NCBI GenBank assembly: GCA_025558095.1
Contig: JAIVFI010000007.1
Location: 620,001-684,000, forward strand
DNA length: 64,000 nt
DNA from: Hyaloraphidium curvatum SAG 235-1
Taxonomy: Eukaryota; Fungi; Monoblepharomycota
Direction: 5' to 3'
The stretch's first letter is position 1. The number at the start of each line of letters is the position of its first letter. Positions 47,884 to 61,569 of this stretch are shown here, piece after piece. The notes under the pieces are model-generated. The model was given only the letters and a program-made list of their open reading frames with translations. It was not told the origin of the DNA and did no database searches. A program made the position numbers and the translations under genes.

Positions 47884-48778
47884 ATGCAGAAAAGCAAGCC
47901 ATCGCCGACGCTGGGGGGCGGTAGGTCTCGGTTGCCTTGCCGCGGCGTCCGGGCCCAGACGATGTCCCTTGCAGTCGCAGCAGCGCCGGTCCGCCGCAAG
48001 CCGGGGACCGCAACGGCCTCGCCGCCCGTGACCGCATCGCCGGCCGCTCGCAAGATAGCGGACCACAGCTCGGACACTCCCCGGCGCCCGACGTCCCTAT
48101 TCCCCAATCAGCTCCGCGGACCGGAAAGAACCCCTCCCGCGCAGCGTGCGGGGAAGGAGAAGGAGAACGTCGCAGTCAAATCGATGCCGACTACATCTCG
48201 TTCGAACGTCGGAAGCAAAGCAGGGTGGGTTATCGAGCGCCGCAGACTCGAGCAAGCCCTGAAGTTCCGATGTTTCCAGAGTGCGGAACCCGTCGATGCC
48301 TTCACCCGCGTCGTCGGGCGTGTTTCTGGTTCCCGAGAAGATTCAGAAAACGCCGCCGTCAACTTCCGTGGCCTGCTCCAGCAGCTCGGACCTGGACCAT
48401 GCGGAGCAGGGTACCTTCGGGCAGCTCTTGGCGACGCTTTCGACGACGGTCGAAGCCATCCACAAGGCGCATGCTAGCGATGCGGGTATCCAGGAGAGCA
48501 TGGTCCGGGCTTTGGACTTTGAACGGAAGAAATCGGCCGTCCTCGAAGACCAGGTTGCGGGGCTGACGGCGAAGATCGCGACCCTCGAGATAGACCTGAG
48601 GCGTGAGAGCGAGAGGGCTGCAAAGCTTTCGAGCGACGAGGACATTGCTGTGCAGCTCAAAGAAGAGCGGGAGAGGCGTGCGGAAGCGGAGAGAGAAGCG
48701 GCCGAGCTACGCTTGGTCGTTGAAAGGCTTTCGCAGGAACTGCAGGAGCACCCCGGACCCGCTAAATCATCGCAGTAA
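47884..48778 (+). CDS. Hypothetical protein with C-terminal coiled coil
   Basis: S/P-rich first exon (with a KEN) and heptad-rich second exon (ALDFERKKSAVLEDQVAGL...). Confidence 0.55.
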
Positions 48779-48833
48779 CACACAAGGGCTCGGATGCGTG
48801 GTCTATTGCACAGCAGAGCGGAGCTGAACAATC

Positions 48834-51800
48834 CTACGACTGTGTAGGTGTCGCTGGAGGTTCCGGACCGATGTTGAGGAGCTTCAAGAGATCCTGCGCA
48901 ACCGCAACCTTGTTCGGGTCCGAGCCTTCCGGAGGGCGCGGCGGTGCTGTCTGGAGACCGAGCAACGATTTAAGTCCTCCAGTGAGCTCATCGAGCTGGG
49001 CACCCGTGCTCGGTGCGGGTGCCGGCGACACCGCCGCTGTGGCAGCAATGCCGGGACCCTGAGGCGGGCGTTGTGCTTGCGGGTTGGCGCTGGGCCGCAC
49101 GGGACGACCGTTCGGTGCACCAGCCCCAGGGTTCATTTGGCCTGGCCGGCCGGGTGGCGGTCTTCCGAAGTTCGCGTGCGGAGGCGGCGGCCGCCCGTAG
49201 TTCTCGAATTGACCGCTCGTCCTCGGCCTTCCCGGTCCCATGACAGGAGCAGCTGCGCCTGAAGGCCGAGCGTGAAACGGATCTTGAGCAGGAATCGCCT
49301 CTGGTGCGGGACCTGCAGGTCTCGGCGGCCTCTGGGGTCGAGCAGCAAACTCTTGTGCTCGCGGTCGCTGCACCTGGCCATTGACGGCCGACGGGACAGG
49401 CCGGGAAGCAGGGGCAGAGGGCCGCGGCCTCGGCTCTTGCCACGCGGCTTGCTGAGGTGGGGCGGCCGCCCGCGGGGCCGAAGGTCGGCCGCCGCCGGAT
49501 TCGCGGCCACGAACGTTTAAATTGAGTTGGGGACCTTCTGTCGCCAAGATGAAGGGATCCCTGAAGGGTGGCTGCTGCGTTGTCAAGTTCAGCACGCTGA
49601 AAGAGGGTACCGACATTGAGCGATGGTTGCTGGAGCTGAAGCGGACGAACTCTGGTCACGGCTGATGCGGAACGGGCAGAGCTACGCGGCACGTACCGTC
49701 CACCGAGCGAGGTGCCCGTGATGAAAGTGCGGTCAAAGACGACATCCAGAAAGCCCTCGCTGATGCCGACTACAGTCCCGCGATTGGCAAAAGGCACATT
49801 GCCCGAGTCCTGCGCGAAGATGACCCGATCGCCAAGCCTGAACTTCTGATCCTTGAGAACATCCTGGGCGAAGCTTGGTTTCAAAACCGCGTGGCGCGGC
49901 ACGTTCTTGACGGTGATGAAAGAAGGCGGCTGTCCCCTGCGAGCTTCCAGGAACGCGTCCACTGCCTTCTCAATTTCGGCAACATATTCCTGCGAAGCGC
50001 GACGGGTCAGAAGGTCGACTTAAAGAGAATGGTGATGCGCGTACCTTAGTGAGCGACTCGGTTTCCAACGGGACCGATTCCAAATCCTTGACGCCACTTC
50101 GCTTCAACCAATCCCGGATTTCAGCCATTTTCGCAGCAGCTACGTTGGCCGGATAAAAGTCGGTCTCTTCGTACATGTCGGCGCGCGACTTGTATTCGAT
50201 GCCCTGGAAGAACTCGGGGAACGAAGCCTTTGAGAGCATTAGTAAATGGCAAACCCGGAGGTCGTAACAACAAGAACCTTGTAGGTCTTGATGAGCTCGA
50301 CGGCTTTCGTGCTGTACTCCCAAGCCTGGTCTGCCCCTTTCCTCGTGTAGCCTAGCACCTTGCGGCCCTTGGACTCGAACTTTAGGTTGAGCCCCAGATT
50401 GTATCGGGAATCGCTCTGACGGCTGACGACGTGCAAACTCGATGTGATCTTTGACAGCGCGAGCCCAGACAGCCCCAGGATCTTGGAGACCACGCGTGCC
50501 GGGAGGTACTTCTCTTCGGCCGCAGCTTTGTCTACAACCTTGCGTCCCAGGAGAACATCGGATTCCTCGGTGGAGCGCGGAACCTGCCAGGGTCTGATGT
50601 CAGGACGGCCAAGGAGCAGGCTCCGCAATGTCCCACCAGCAGGCGCACAATCATGCTTTCCTTGTCGTGCCCCGTGACCTCGCCTGCACACCCGTAGTTG
50701 ATTTTGCCCAGGAAGAAGATGCGGCTCCCGACCGGAAAATCGACGGCCACGGGCACCGGGCCTTGCTCCTGGAAGTAGAGGCGCCGTGAGTCCGTGATCA
50801 ACGACCATCCGAAGCGCGTCGGACCTTGAAGCGCGGATCCGAGTACTGCACCGACATCACCACTGTTTGCAGCGCGACGTCGACCGATTCCTTCACGGGC
50901 GGAAAATCTTTCTTGAGACTCCCGTCGCTCATCCTCTTCATGCCTGAGAAATACGCAGGGCTCAGCGAGCTTTCAAGCGACGGATGTACGATAGTCCACC
51001 TTTGACAGGCAACGTTTCGACGACCACTTCGACAGGGCCGATTATGGTCGCGAACCGCTTGCTGTAGTGATCTTCCAGCCGTTCCGCGGTCTTTTCGAAC
51101 CTTCCGCGGCTGCCGTCCGTGTGCGGAACCTTGACAACATCGCGCCTGCCTCCGTTCACGTGGAGCTCGTAGCGGAACAAGGGGTCCGACACGCCGAGAA
51201 CCTTGGACTCGATGAGGAACGGCCATCCGGTGTAAACGATGGTCCCGATCGCGTTCTTGGCCCACGCTTCGACACTGGCGCCCTCGAATTTGTTCTCCAA
51301 AGTCAATACCACCGAAGGGTTCCTGCGGGGCACCGTCAGATACACGCGACACGGCGGCCGTGCAAGGAACTCGCTTGCTCTCGATTCCGAAGACGTTGAC
51401 GCCGTGGAAGCCAATGGTGGATGTGTGCGGGATGGTGTACAGGCTGGGGAATCCCGCCATAGCTGCGACACCTAAGCGGGTCCCAGCAAGCAGGCCATGG
51501 ATGAAACCACCATCCCCCAGCACGGGTAGATGGAACAATTCCATGCGGCAGTGGCAGTTGATGATGTCTGAAGCGCGGGATCAGGATGGCGAGCCGAGGA
51601 ATTCACACAGCGTTACAGACCAGGGAAGACGCCGGGTAACGAAGAAGGGAAGTCGGCGGTGAGGTTTGGGTCGAAAGTGAAGCGCATGCTGTCGCCCAGT
51701 CCGTTTCGTGACCGTTCTTCCTTGGTCAAAGTTTTCTCCCGGCCTGCAACTAGGGTAAGGGATCCGGAGCCAGCAATACGGCGATCTGTGCTTACTTTTC

Positions 51801-54324
51801 ATCGCAGCAAGCAGCCTGTTCTCGTCAATGAAAGGGATCTTCACGACGGCCTCCCAGTCGGCCTTCTTGCCATTCATGTCGAGTTCGAAGTCCTCTGGAT
51901 AGAAGTCGATGATGGGAGACGTCGCCTCGGTCATGAGATCCTGAAACAGAACTTCATCACGATAGGTCGTCCACAGGGCAAAGACGACGTACCCTGAAGG
52001 CCGGTGGTACGAACGATCGACTTCCCGCAGGCAGCACACCCATCAGCTGCTCAAAGGGATGGAAAGGGGTTCCTTTCTCGTAATGCAGCTTCATGTCGGC
52101 GATGCCGACAATGTCTGCCGCAGCCAGTCAGCAGTCGGCCATATAAGCGCCCGTTGCACGCATACCCGTGATCTTGGGAGCGTAGTGATACGGGTAGAAC
52201 CAACCCCAAGACACCACGCCGTTGTAGTAGTAGTAGAGCACCCACTGCAGCCCTTCCACGTAGTGGAAAATGAGCTTATGCAACTCCGGAGAATCGGGGA
52301 ATGTGATGTGCATCTTCTCCTGTTGGCTTCGAAGTTGGCGTTTGGATCCAGAGATCTGCGGCCGGCGTACCTTGTAGTATGCGGCCTTCCAATCGCGAAA
52401 CTCGTCGTCGATACGCTGCTGCTCCAAGGCATTGCCCAGCGCGGCCTCTTCTTCCTCGTCGATGACATCCGCGCGCTCGTACTTGCGGAGGACCCTCGCG
52501 CGCGCATTGTCACTTTCGTCCTCCGTCTCGGTTTCCTCGTCCGAAGACCATTCGACCTTCAGGGACGCCGAGCGGTCGCCCTCTTTCTTCCCCGAGACAG
52601 ATCGGACGCCCAGCTCCTTGGCCACCTGCTTCACGAAAGCCCTGTCCTTGGCAGCGAGGCGCCCGCCGAGGTCGAGCTCTTCGCGGACGTCCTTGCGCAG
52701 CACGAACATCCTGATCTTCTCAAAGAGCTCCTTCTGGCTCCGCGTTATGGCTGCGGTTTCCGACCATTACTCAAGATCGCGAGAAGCGCCCAGCGGGAAT
52801 TCTCACTGAAGCGGTGCTGCTGGTGGTGCTTACCCGACGCGCCCCGGGGCCGATCCCCGTGATCCCCCCGCATTTTGCCCCGCAGCCATTTCGAGTCCAC
52901 TTGCTCCGACTCAAACGTCTGCTTCTCGATCTCGCCCAAGGCGGCCAGAAACGCCTGGCATCGTCGGAGGTTCATGACTCCGAACTCGTTCAGATACCCG
53001 TCCTGCTCGGGCATTATCCGCTTGTAGACATCGAACATGGTAGCCAGAGCGCCTTCGTTGATGTGAAGCCCCGGAAGATTGGGCAGGAAGTCGTTCCCGA
53101 CAAAGAAAGCCATGAGGATGAAGTCGTCGATCAGGCGCTCGAGATCGTAAGGGAAGGATAGCTGGTCCCGAAGATCGAGGAACTCCTTGTCCAGGTACTC
53201 CCGCATCAGGGAGAGGTGCATAAGGTAAAATCGCTGCGTCTCTGGATTGCTCGTAGCCGATGTCTTCTTTTTCCCGCGTCCGAAAGTCACTTCTTCGCGC
53301 AGCAGGGCGAAGTGCGGTTCGTGGCTCAGGAGCCCCAGCATGATCAGGTCGGCGTCGAGACCGTATAGACAGTGGCGGGTATTGGATTCATAACCCTCCC
53401 TCGATTTTGCGAGCCGCAGGTACTCCATGATCTTGTGCTCCCCCTCGCCGGGAACCTGAGCGGACGTTTAGGCGTTCGGCGTGAGGAGAGCGGCCACCGG
53501 TCCCAACCTCGTGCCCCGACAGGACCACTTCGACGTCCCTCCAATTTGCGTCCTCGTTGACCTTCTTGGCAATAAAGTAGCGGAGTTGCGCAGAAAGCCT
53601 GGTCATGAACTCCGTGCCGGGCGTAATGCAGTTGCTATCGAAGGGCTCCTCGTCCGGAAGCACTTCGCCGCGGGCAAGTGCTTTCTTCTTCAGCTCCGCC
53701 GCGTCCTTTGCCGATCGGAACCGCCGCGCCCGCTGCTGGTTCATCTTCGCCCGCGGAGCGACGCCGTCAACCGCGAGAAAGAAGAGCTTTCGGGGCCGTA
53801 TCCGGTAGAACAGATGCTCGATGTAGTTAAAAATGTTGAGGAAGATCTGAGTCTCCGTTATCCGGAAGTGCGCATCGCCGTCCGAAGGGTGCGAACACGC
53901 GTGAATGATCCCGTTCATGTCCAGGTAGAGGTTGTCTGCCACACGACGCCCTCAGAGGCGTGCAAGGGACGTGAAGCAGGGCAGAACACACCGAACTCCG
54001 GGATCAAATTGTCGGAGATTAGCTGGGAGCATAGGGGATACCTGGGTGGGACCGTCAGCGTTGTGAACTGTTGAGGGAGGCACTTTGGGGGCACCTCTCG
54101 CTTATCCATCTGTAGCCAGGGCCCAGAAAGCGACGAGGAAGTGCTAAGCTTAGCAGTCCGGCCAGGTCAGTGACGCTTGAGAACGTACCTGAAGAACTGG
54201 CGGTGGCGCCGCGAGGATGGGGGACCGCGGCATAGCACGCGTCGGAACGGGACATCGGGCAAACGGCGACCGTCAGGCAGATGGACGCGTAAAGGTACGC
54301 GTAGAGCACCTTTGGAACACCCAT
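48834..54324 (-). CDS. XRN1: 5'-3' exoribonuclease Xrn1
   Basis: MGVPK|FF|RWISE|[74 protein letters not shown]; many introns. Confidence 0.95.
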
Positions 54325-54517
54325 GGCGGAGGTTCCGGGGAATGTAGTCGCGCTCCGTTGCGGCGCGGAACGCGGAGTCCGAGGGCGCGGGCCCTGCGGC
54401 AAGCGCGATCATCCATCAGGCGGGGGGACGCGCAACCAACTCCGTCTCGGGGCCCTGGCTTCATCGCGCGCGCAGCGGCCCCGCGCCCGTAAATCGTCGC
54501 AAGACGTAATCCACGGC

Positions 54518-57500
54518 ATGCTTTTCGGGGCGCATCGTGGGCTCAATGGCCGCGCACCGGGGCCAGCCTGGGTTGCGATCGCGTTGGGCGCGCTCATGGG
54601 CCTGCTTGCCGCCGACGGGGCTAGGGCAGCACGGACGCCCTCCTCGTCGGGCCTCATGGACTTGGCACTGAGCGGGCGGGGACTTGGCTTGTGGCCCTTG
54701 GTGCCCCTGGGCAGCAACGGGTCTATTGCGAGCATCCTGGAGTTGGGAAAGCGCAACGAGCCTCCGGGGGAGTGCCCTCCTTGCTTCAACTGTCTTTTGG
54801 ACAAGTTCGAGTGCCTGCAATTCGGGACGTGCTCGCCCTTCGACGGGCACTGCGTGTGTCCGCCGGGTTACGGAGGCGACGATTGCTCGGCACCATGTGG
54901 GGCTCCACCACGGATTTTGCGCCATCTGCTGACAGTGACCTCGCAGTGTGTGATGCTCTGTCATCGCCGAAACGTAGACTGCGGCTTCCTGGCGAGAAGT
55001 CCTGCAATTGCACCGAGGGGTGGGAAGGTATCAACTGCAACGGTACGATGCCGGGTGGGGCGGGCCCGGATTCATGGTTAAAGTGCCCCGGAACGCAGTC
55101 TGCAGCGTGGACGACAGTTGCGGGCCTCTCGTCCCGGGGGAGGATGGAGCCGTCTGCCACCAAGGATCTCTTGCTGTCAACTATCAGCACATGATGTGCA
55201 ACGTCACCAGTGAGGGCATCCCGGCGCAACACGTGGCCAGCGATTTGATCGCGGTCGTTGCGGAAAGATGCGCAGATCAAGAAGCTCCTGCCGCCTGACC
55301 GCTACCCGCAAGCTACCGTTGGATGCAATCGCACGGCAGCACATTGCGATTTTCAGTTCTGGATCGGCGAACAGGAAAGCTTCTATTGCGACTTCACTGA
55401 TTGTTCCTTCAGCTTAGGTGAAATGACCTTTTCGGGAACCTTGCCGCAGCTCATTCACACGTGTCGTCCCTGGCAGACGCGAGCTATACAGCCAACACTA
55501 CCATTTATCAATGCACCGGGATAAAGTGCCGGTGCATTCCAGGGCGCATGCTTTGCGGGGAGTCCGGCTCCATCGGTGGGCCGGGTTCAGCAGCGCCGCT
55601 TTACGTTATCCTCATCTGATTCACCGCAGATATCTCGGATTTTCTTACGCAGGAGGTCAAGGGCCCGGGGAAGTTCAAGTGCGTTGAGACCGCGGACCGT
55701 GTGGACAAGCGGGAGCGTTCTTGCGATTTCGAAGGTAAGCGACCTGGCCTGCCTCGGGTCGAGAATGGGTTGACTCTGATGTCATCTGCTCGCAGAACCT
55801 GCTCTAAATGACCTGATCACCTCATTCTTCGGCGATCCGTACATCACGATAGACTGCATTTCGGGCGAGTGCATGCACTACACGCAGGTTCCGGGGTTTG
55901 TGCGGCCAGCTCCCGGAATCCGGTTTGGCACGACTTTCATGGTGGTCGCTGCCTCCGCGGCGGTTCTACTCGTGGCGGGCGTCTTGGGCGCGGTCATGTT
56001 GATTGCACGCCGGCACGACGGGGCGAGAAGGGATCGCGGCAAGTACGACCAGCTCATCCGAGCGCTTCTCGGGGAAACGACCGGTGGAGAGCTTTCGATT
56101 GAGGAGCAGGACGAGATCCGCCGATCCCTGCTGATGTCGGGCCACAAACCAATGACTCTGGCGTGGAAGAACGTGTCGTACAGCGTGGACATGGTCTCTT
56201 CTCGCAGGGGCCGGGCGTGGCTGGGGCCGGCGGTGTGGGATCCGCGAAGATGGTTCGGCGGCCGCGGTCGCTCGGGGACGAACGTCAGCGACGTTGCTCC
56301 GTTTGTGGAGGCGGACGATGATCAGCCCTTGATCACGGAGCGCGTGGAGAACGGACTTCAGGAAAGACAACCCCACGCGGGGAGCCTCACCATTCTGGAG
56401 AGCGTACACGGGGTGGTGCGACCGGGCCAAGTCTGCGCCATCATGGGAGGTTCTGGAGCGGGCAAAACAACGTTCCTTGACATCCTTGCTCGGCGAAACA
56501 AGAGCGGCCTCGTTGGCGGCGAGATTACAATCAACGGCCGTCCGGTGACAGCCGAGGACTACAAGAAGTCGATTGGGTACGCGGGCCGGCCGCCTTTGCC
56601 CGGAGGCTGCGTTAACGCCGCTGCACCCTCAGCTACGTGGACCAGGAGGACACGCTCATGGGGACCCTAACCGTACGGGAAACCATCACTTACTCCGCTT
56701 TGCTGCGATTGCCGCGAGAGATGAGCCCGGAGGCCAAAAGGTTCAGGGTGCAGGAGACGATGATCGAGCTCGGCATCCAGGGCATTGCTGATCGGCGCAT
56801 AGGTCAGGAAGGTCGGCGCGGGATATCGGGAGGGGAGAAGCGTCGCGTTTCTATTGCCTGCGAGCTTGTGACGTCACCCTCCATATTGTTCCTTGATGAG
56901 CCAACCAGCGGTTCGTTGGCCTCCCTGTTGCTCCGTGAGCTTTCGCTGACTCCCAAGCAGGACTCGACTCGTTCAATGCATACAACGTAGTCGAATGTCT
57001 GGTCACGCTGGCGAGGAACTACCAACGCACCATCGTCATGACAATCCACCAGCCTCGTTCGAACATCTACGCCCTCTTCGACGTGGTGGTCCTTCTCGCG
57101 AAGGGAAAGATGATCTATTCCGGACCGGCCCAGGAGGATGTGATTCGCCATTTTGAGGCGCTGGGATTTCATTGCCCGGTCGGCTTCAACATCGCCGATT
57201 ACCTGGGTACGTGTCACGAACGGTTGCAATGCCCGAGCCTCGCCACCTGCTAACGCCCTGCAATGCAGTTGATCTCACGATGCACGTGATTGCAGCGGAT
57301 TTGGGACAGTCCCGCCTTGCGTCGAGCGACGATGGGGAGGAACGTCTGGGACAGTCGCTCGACCCCTTGGCTCGCGCACCATCCATTCAATCCCCGCGCC
57401 TGGAGTTGGAGGACCGCTTGTTTTCCCCGAGGCCGGATGTCGACGAGGAATCCCGTGCTGGTCGATCGGGGGCCTCACCGGTTCCTCCTGGTTCGGCTGT

Positions 57501-58866
57501 TTCGCCAATGGCTGCACGACGGCAGCAGCTGGCCAAGAACTGGTGCGGTGGAGCGCGTGGTATTTCTTGCACCGTCTGAATCCGCTTGTCGGTCTAGGTC
57601 GGAGATTCAGGACCATCTCCACCACCTTGCTGTGTCGTTCACGCAGTCGGAGGTGTTCAAGACGGTCGTTCGGGAGATCGAGGAGTTGACGGCAGGTCGT
57701 GGATCTGAGCGCGGCGGCCGTGTTTATGGGGATGGCAACTTCAATGGCGCGCGCTCCGGATCGCCCTCTGATGGAGACGATGCGCACGACGGCGCCGCTT
57801 TGGACTGGAATGCCCGTCCCACGTGGAGCACCCAGTTCCTGATCCTTTCCGGTCGGACTTTCAAGAACATGTACCGCAATCCCGCGCTCTTGCAAGCGCA
57901 CTACATCATCAGCTTGCTGGTCGCAGGTACGGCAAATCTCTCTCGTTCTGCTTGTAGCTGATGAACGTGCTTCAGGCCTGTGTGGGATCCTGTTCTGGCA
58001 AGTATCCAATGATCTGGCTGGCTTCCAGAACAGGCTGGGCTTTTTCTTCTTTGTGTGTGCTCTGTTCGGTTTCTCGTGCCTCAGCTCGTTGCAGGTGGGT
58101 CTGGCAAGCGGAGGCTGGCTTCTAGTGGTGACTGTCTTCCCAGGTCTTCTCCGCGGAGCGTGCGATCTTCGTTCGCGAACGGGCCAATCGCTACTACAAC
58201 CCGCTGACGTACTTCCTCGCCAAGCTCATATTCGACGTCATACCTCTGCGGGTGATCCCCCCGCTGATCCTCGGCCTGATCGTCTACCCCATGATCGGCC
58301 TCCGGGCCGAAACGTCGGCCTTCATGCTGAAGTTCCTCTTGGTTCTTGTGTTGTTCAACCTCACGGCCGCCGGTGTCTGCTTGGCGATCGGCATCGTGTT
58401 CAAGGAGCTTGGTGTCGCGAATCTGATCAGCAGCCTCGTGATGCTGTTCGCCATGCTTTTCGGCGGCCTTCTCCTCAACAAGGGTGCGCGGCTACCGTTG
58501 TAGCGTGGTCGAGCACGTCATGCTCACCGTCCTGCCACAGCCTCCGTGCCGTCGTACTTCGACTGGGCACAATCGCTCTCGTTCTTCAACTACGCGCTTG
58601 AGGCGCTCATCGTCAACGAGGTGAACGGTCTGACGCTCAGAGAGAACAAGTTTGGGCTCCAGATCGACGTGGGTAGACTGCAAGCCCCGAGTTCGATCGT
58701 GTTGACCCCTGGTTGTCCGCAGGTGCCAGGGGCCACGGTCCTCCAGACATTCGGCTTCAACGCCCTGGGATTTTGGCCCGACATCCTGAAGCTCCTGCTC
58801 TATTTCTTTGGTTTGACTGTGTTTGCGTTCCTCTGGCTTCACGTGTTCGTGAAGGAACGAAGATGA
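54518..58866 (+). CDS. ADP1: ABCG half-transporter with N-terminal EGF-like Cys-rich domain (Adp1-type)
   Basis: [53 protein letters not shown]-terminal TMD ending VKERR. Confidence 0.92.
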
Positions 58867-59125
58867 TCATAGATTTGGTGGGGGGCAAACATGTTTGTCG
58901 GGAAATCTCGGATGTGTCCCCGACGCAACGGCGCGAGTCAAGTCAGCACCTCCAACCCCGGACCGTCCCACGGAGCCCATTCCATTCCATCGGTCCCCGG
59001 AGCCCTCCGGGAAGTGCCGTTTGGACCTTGCCAGCTGCTCCTGGGTCCCGTGAACGCCAGCCCGGCTGTGGCCCGTGGTCAAGAGGCCTGGACTTCCGCT
59101 CCTCCGCCACCCGACGCCGTTCGAC

Positions 59126-61481
59126 ATGTCGGCCCTGCGGGCAGCTTTCGGGTCGACGGGCCGCCTGCAGAGGCTTGCCCAGGTCAGTCAGGCCCCCCGT
59201 CTTGCCCTTTCTGAGGATCGGAAGTGACCACGGGCTTGCCGCACTTCCGTGACGCCTCTTGGGACACAGGCTCGGACTTTCCATTCCACGGCCGCTCGCT
59301 GGGTAAGCAATTGGCCGCACTGCAGCCTGAACGAACTTACCTTGCTGATCGTCGGTCCTTTGGGCCTTCCTGTTCCTTGCAACTGCTCGCGTGTGACCTT
59401 GGTCCTCCTGACCGCCGTCGGCTTTCATTGCTCCGTGATTTGGCACCCTTGTGCCCTGCTTCCAATTTTCCAGCAACAAAAATACCGGATTGAGCAGGAC
59501 ACTTTCGGCGAGCTGCAGGTCCCGGCTGATCGGTACTGGGGCGCGCAGACTCAGAGGTTGACCCCATCGCAGCTGCCATGATCCGCGATCCTCATCCGTG
59601 GCCCTCCCAAACAGGTCGCTCCAGAACTTCAACATCGGAGGCAAGACGGAGAGGATGCCGGAACCGCTGATCCGGGCCTACGGAGTGTTGAAGATGGCCT
59701 GTGCCCACGTCAACATGGAGCTCGGGGTTTTGGACAGCAGGCTCGGCGGCGCGATCGTGGATGCGGCAACGGAAGTGCGTCGCGCCGTTGGCGTGATCAA
59801 ATGGCGACCGTTCTGAGCGGTGCCCGATCGTCCAGGTCATGGAGGGCAAGCTTTCGGACCACTTCCCTCTCGTGGTCTGGCAGACTGGATCAGGGACCCA
59901 GACCAACATGAACGTCAACGAAGTCGTGGCAAACCGCGCTATAGAAATGCTGGGAGGCCAGTTGGGCAGCAAGAAGCCGGTTCACCCGAACGATCACGTC
60001 AACATGGGCCAGTCTTCCAACGACAGGTACGGTGCCTCCCGTAATCGCTCACCGACACGTAACACTGATTGCCTTGATCCCGTAGTTTCCCGACGGCAAT
60101 GCACGTGTGCGCCGTCATGGAGATCCAGGACAGGCTCCTGCCCGACATGAGGGCGCTCCACGCTGCGCTCAAGCAGAAGTCTATCGAGTTCCAGGACATT
60201 GTGAAGATTGGGCGGTAGGGTCCTCCTTTGGACGCTGATTCATCAATGCTGACGCGGGCATGATTGAAGGACGCACTTGCAGGATGCCACCCCCTTGACC
60301 CTCGGCCAGGAGTTCTCTGGGTACGCCACCCAGGTCGAGTACGGCATTCAGAGGGTTGAGCAGGCGCTCCCTCGCCTGTACGCTCTGGCGCAGGGCGGCA
60401 CTGCCGTTGGCACAGTTGGTTGCCTTGCCCGGGCCTCCCTTACCGCCACTCACTGGTGATCCAGGGCCTCAACTCCATCAAGGGCTTCGACGTCAAGGTT
60501 GCCGAGGAGATTGCCAAGGTTACCGGTTATCCCTTCCGCACTGCACCAAACAAGGTTGGTTCCGTGATGGATCGGTTTCGCGGTGGGCAAATCCTCAGCC
60601 CGCGCTTTTCAGTTCGAAGCTCTTGCCGCCCACGACGCCATTGTTGAGGCTAGCGGCGCCATCAACACTTTTGCCTGCTCGATGATGAAGATTGCCAACG
60701 ACATTCGGTTGCTGGGTACGGCTCTTCACCGTCAAGACTGTCTTGGCCTGACACTATTCACCCGCAGGATCCGGTCCGCGCTGCGGTCTTGGCGAGCTGA
60801 ACCTCCCGGAAAACGAGCCCGGCTCGTCCATCATGCCCGGCAAGGTGAACCCTACCCAGTGCGAAGCCATGACTATGGTGTGCGCGCAGGTGATGGGAAA
60901 CCATACGGCTGTCACCGTTGCCGGGTCGAACGGACACTTTGAGCTCAACGTGTTCAAGCCCGTCCTCATCCGCAATCTCCTGCACTCCATCCGCTTGATG
61001 GGAGACGCCTGTGACAGGTGCGACCTTGGAGATGGTCGCGTTCGCGAGCTGCTGCTGAATCCGGATCACCCGTCCAGCTTCACGAGGAACTGTGTCCAGG
61101 GCATCACAGCCAATGAGAAGCGCATCAACCAGCTTCTCCATGACTCGCTGATGCTGGTTACGGCCCTCAACCCTTACATTGGCTATGGTCAGTGATTCTT
61201 TCTTGTCTGTGATGGCATTGCTAACACAATCCGACTTTGCATGGCGTGCTTCCACACTTCAGACAGTGGGTACCTTGATGTGCATCATCTCAATCATTTC
61301 TAACCGGTCCGGCTTTGCAGAGGCTGCCAAGACCGCGAAGAAGGCCCACAAGGAGGGCACTACCCTCAAGGAGGCTGCAATGTCTCTGGGCTATGTCACC
61401 GAGGAGCAGTTCAAGGACTGGGTGCGGCCTGAGAACATGCTTGGTCCTCGGGAACCTGGGGCACCAGCAGTCGAGCACTGA
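59126..61481 (+). CDS. FUM1: Native mitochondrial fumarate hydratase (about 12 introns)
   Basis: Presequence MSALRAAF...[72 protein letters not shown]. Confidence 0.95.
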
Positions 61482-61569
61482 TGATGCACAAAATGCGCGG
61501 CAAACCTTCTTCCAACTTTCCTCTGGCGCACTCCTCCCTTCCTCTTCCTCACTCCTGTACAATGTATAG

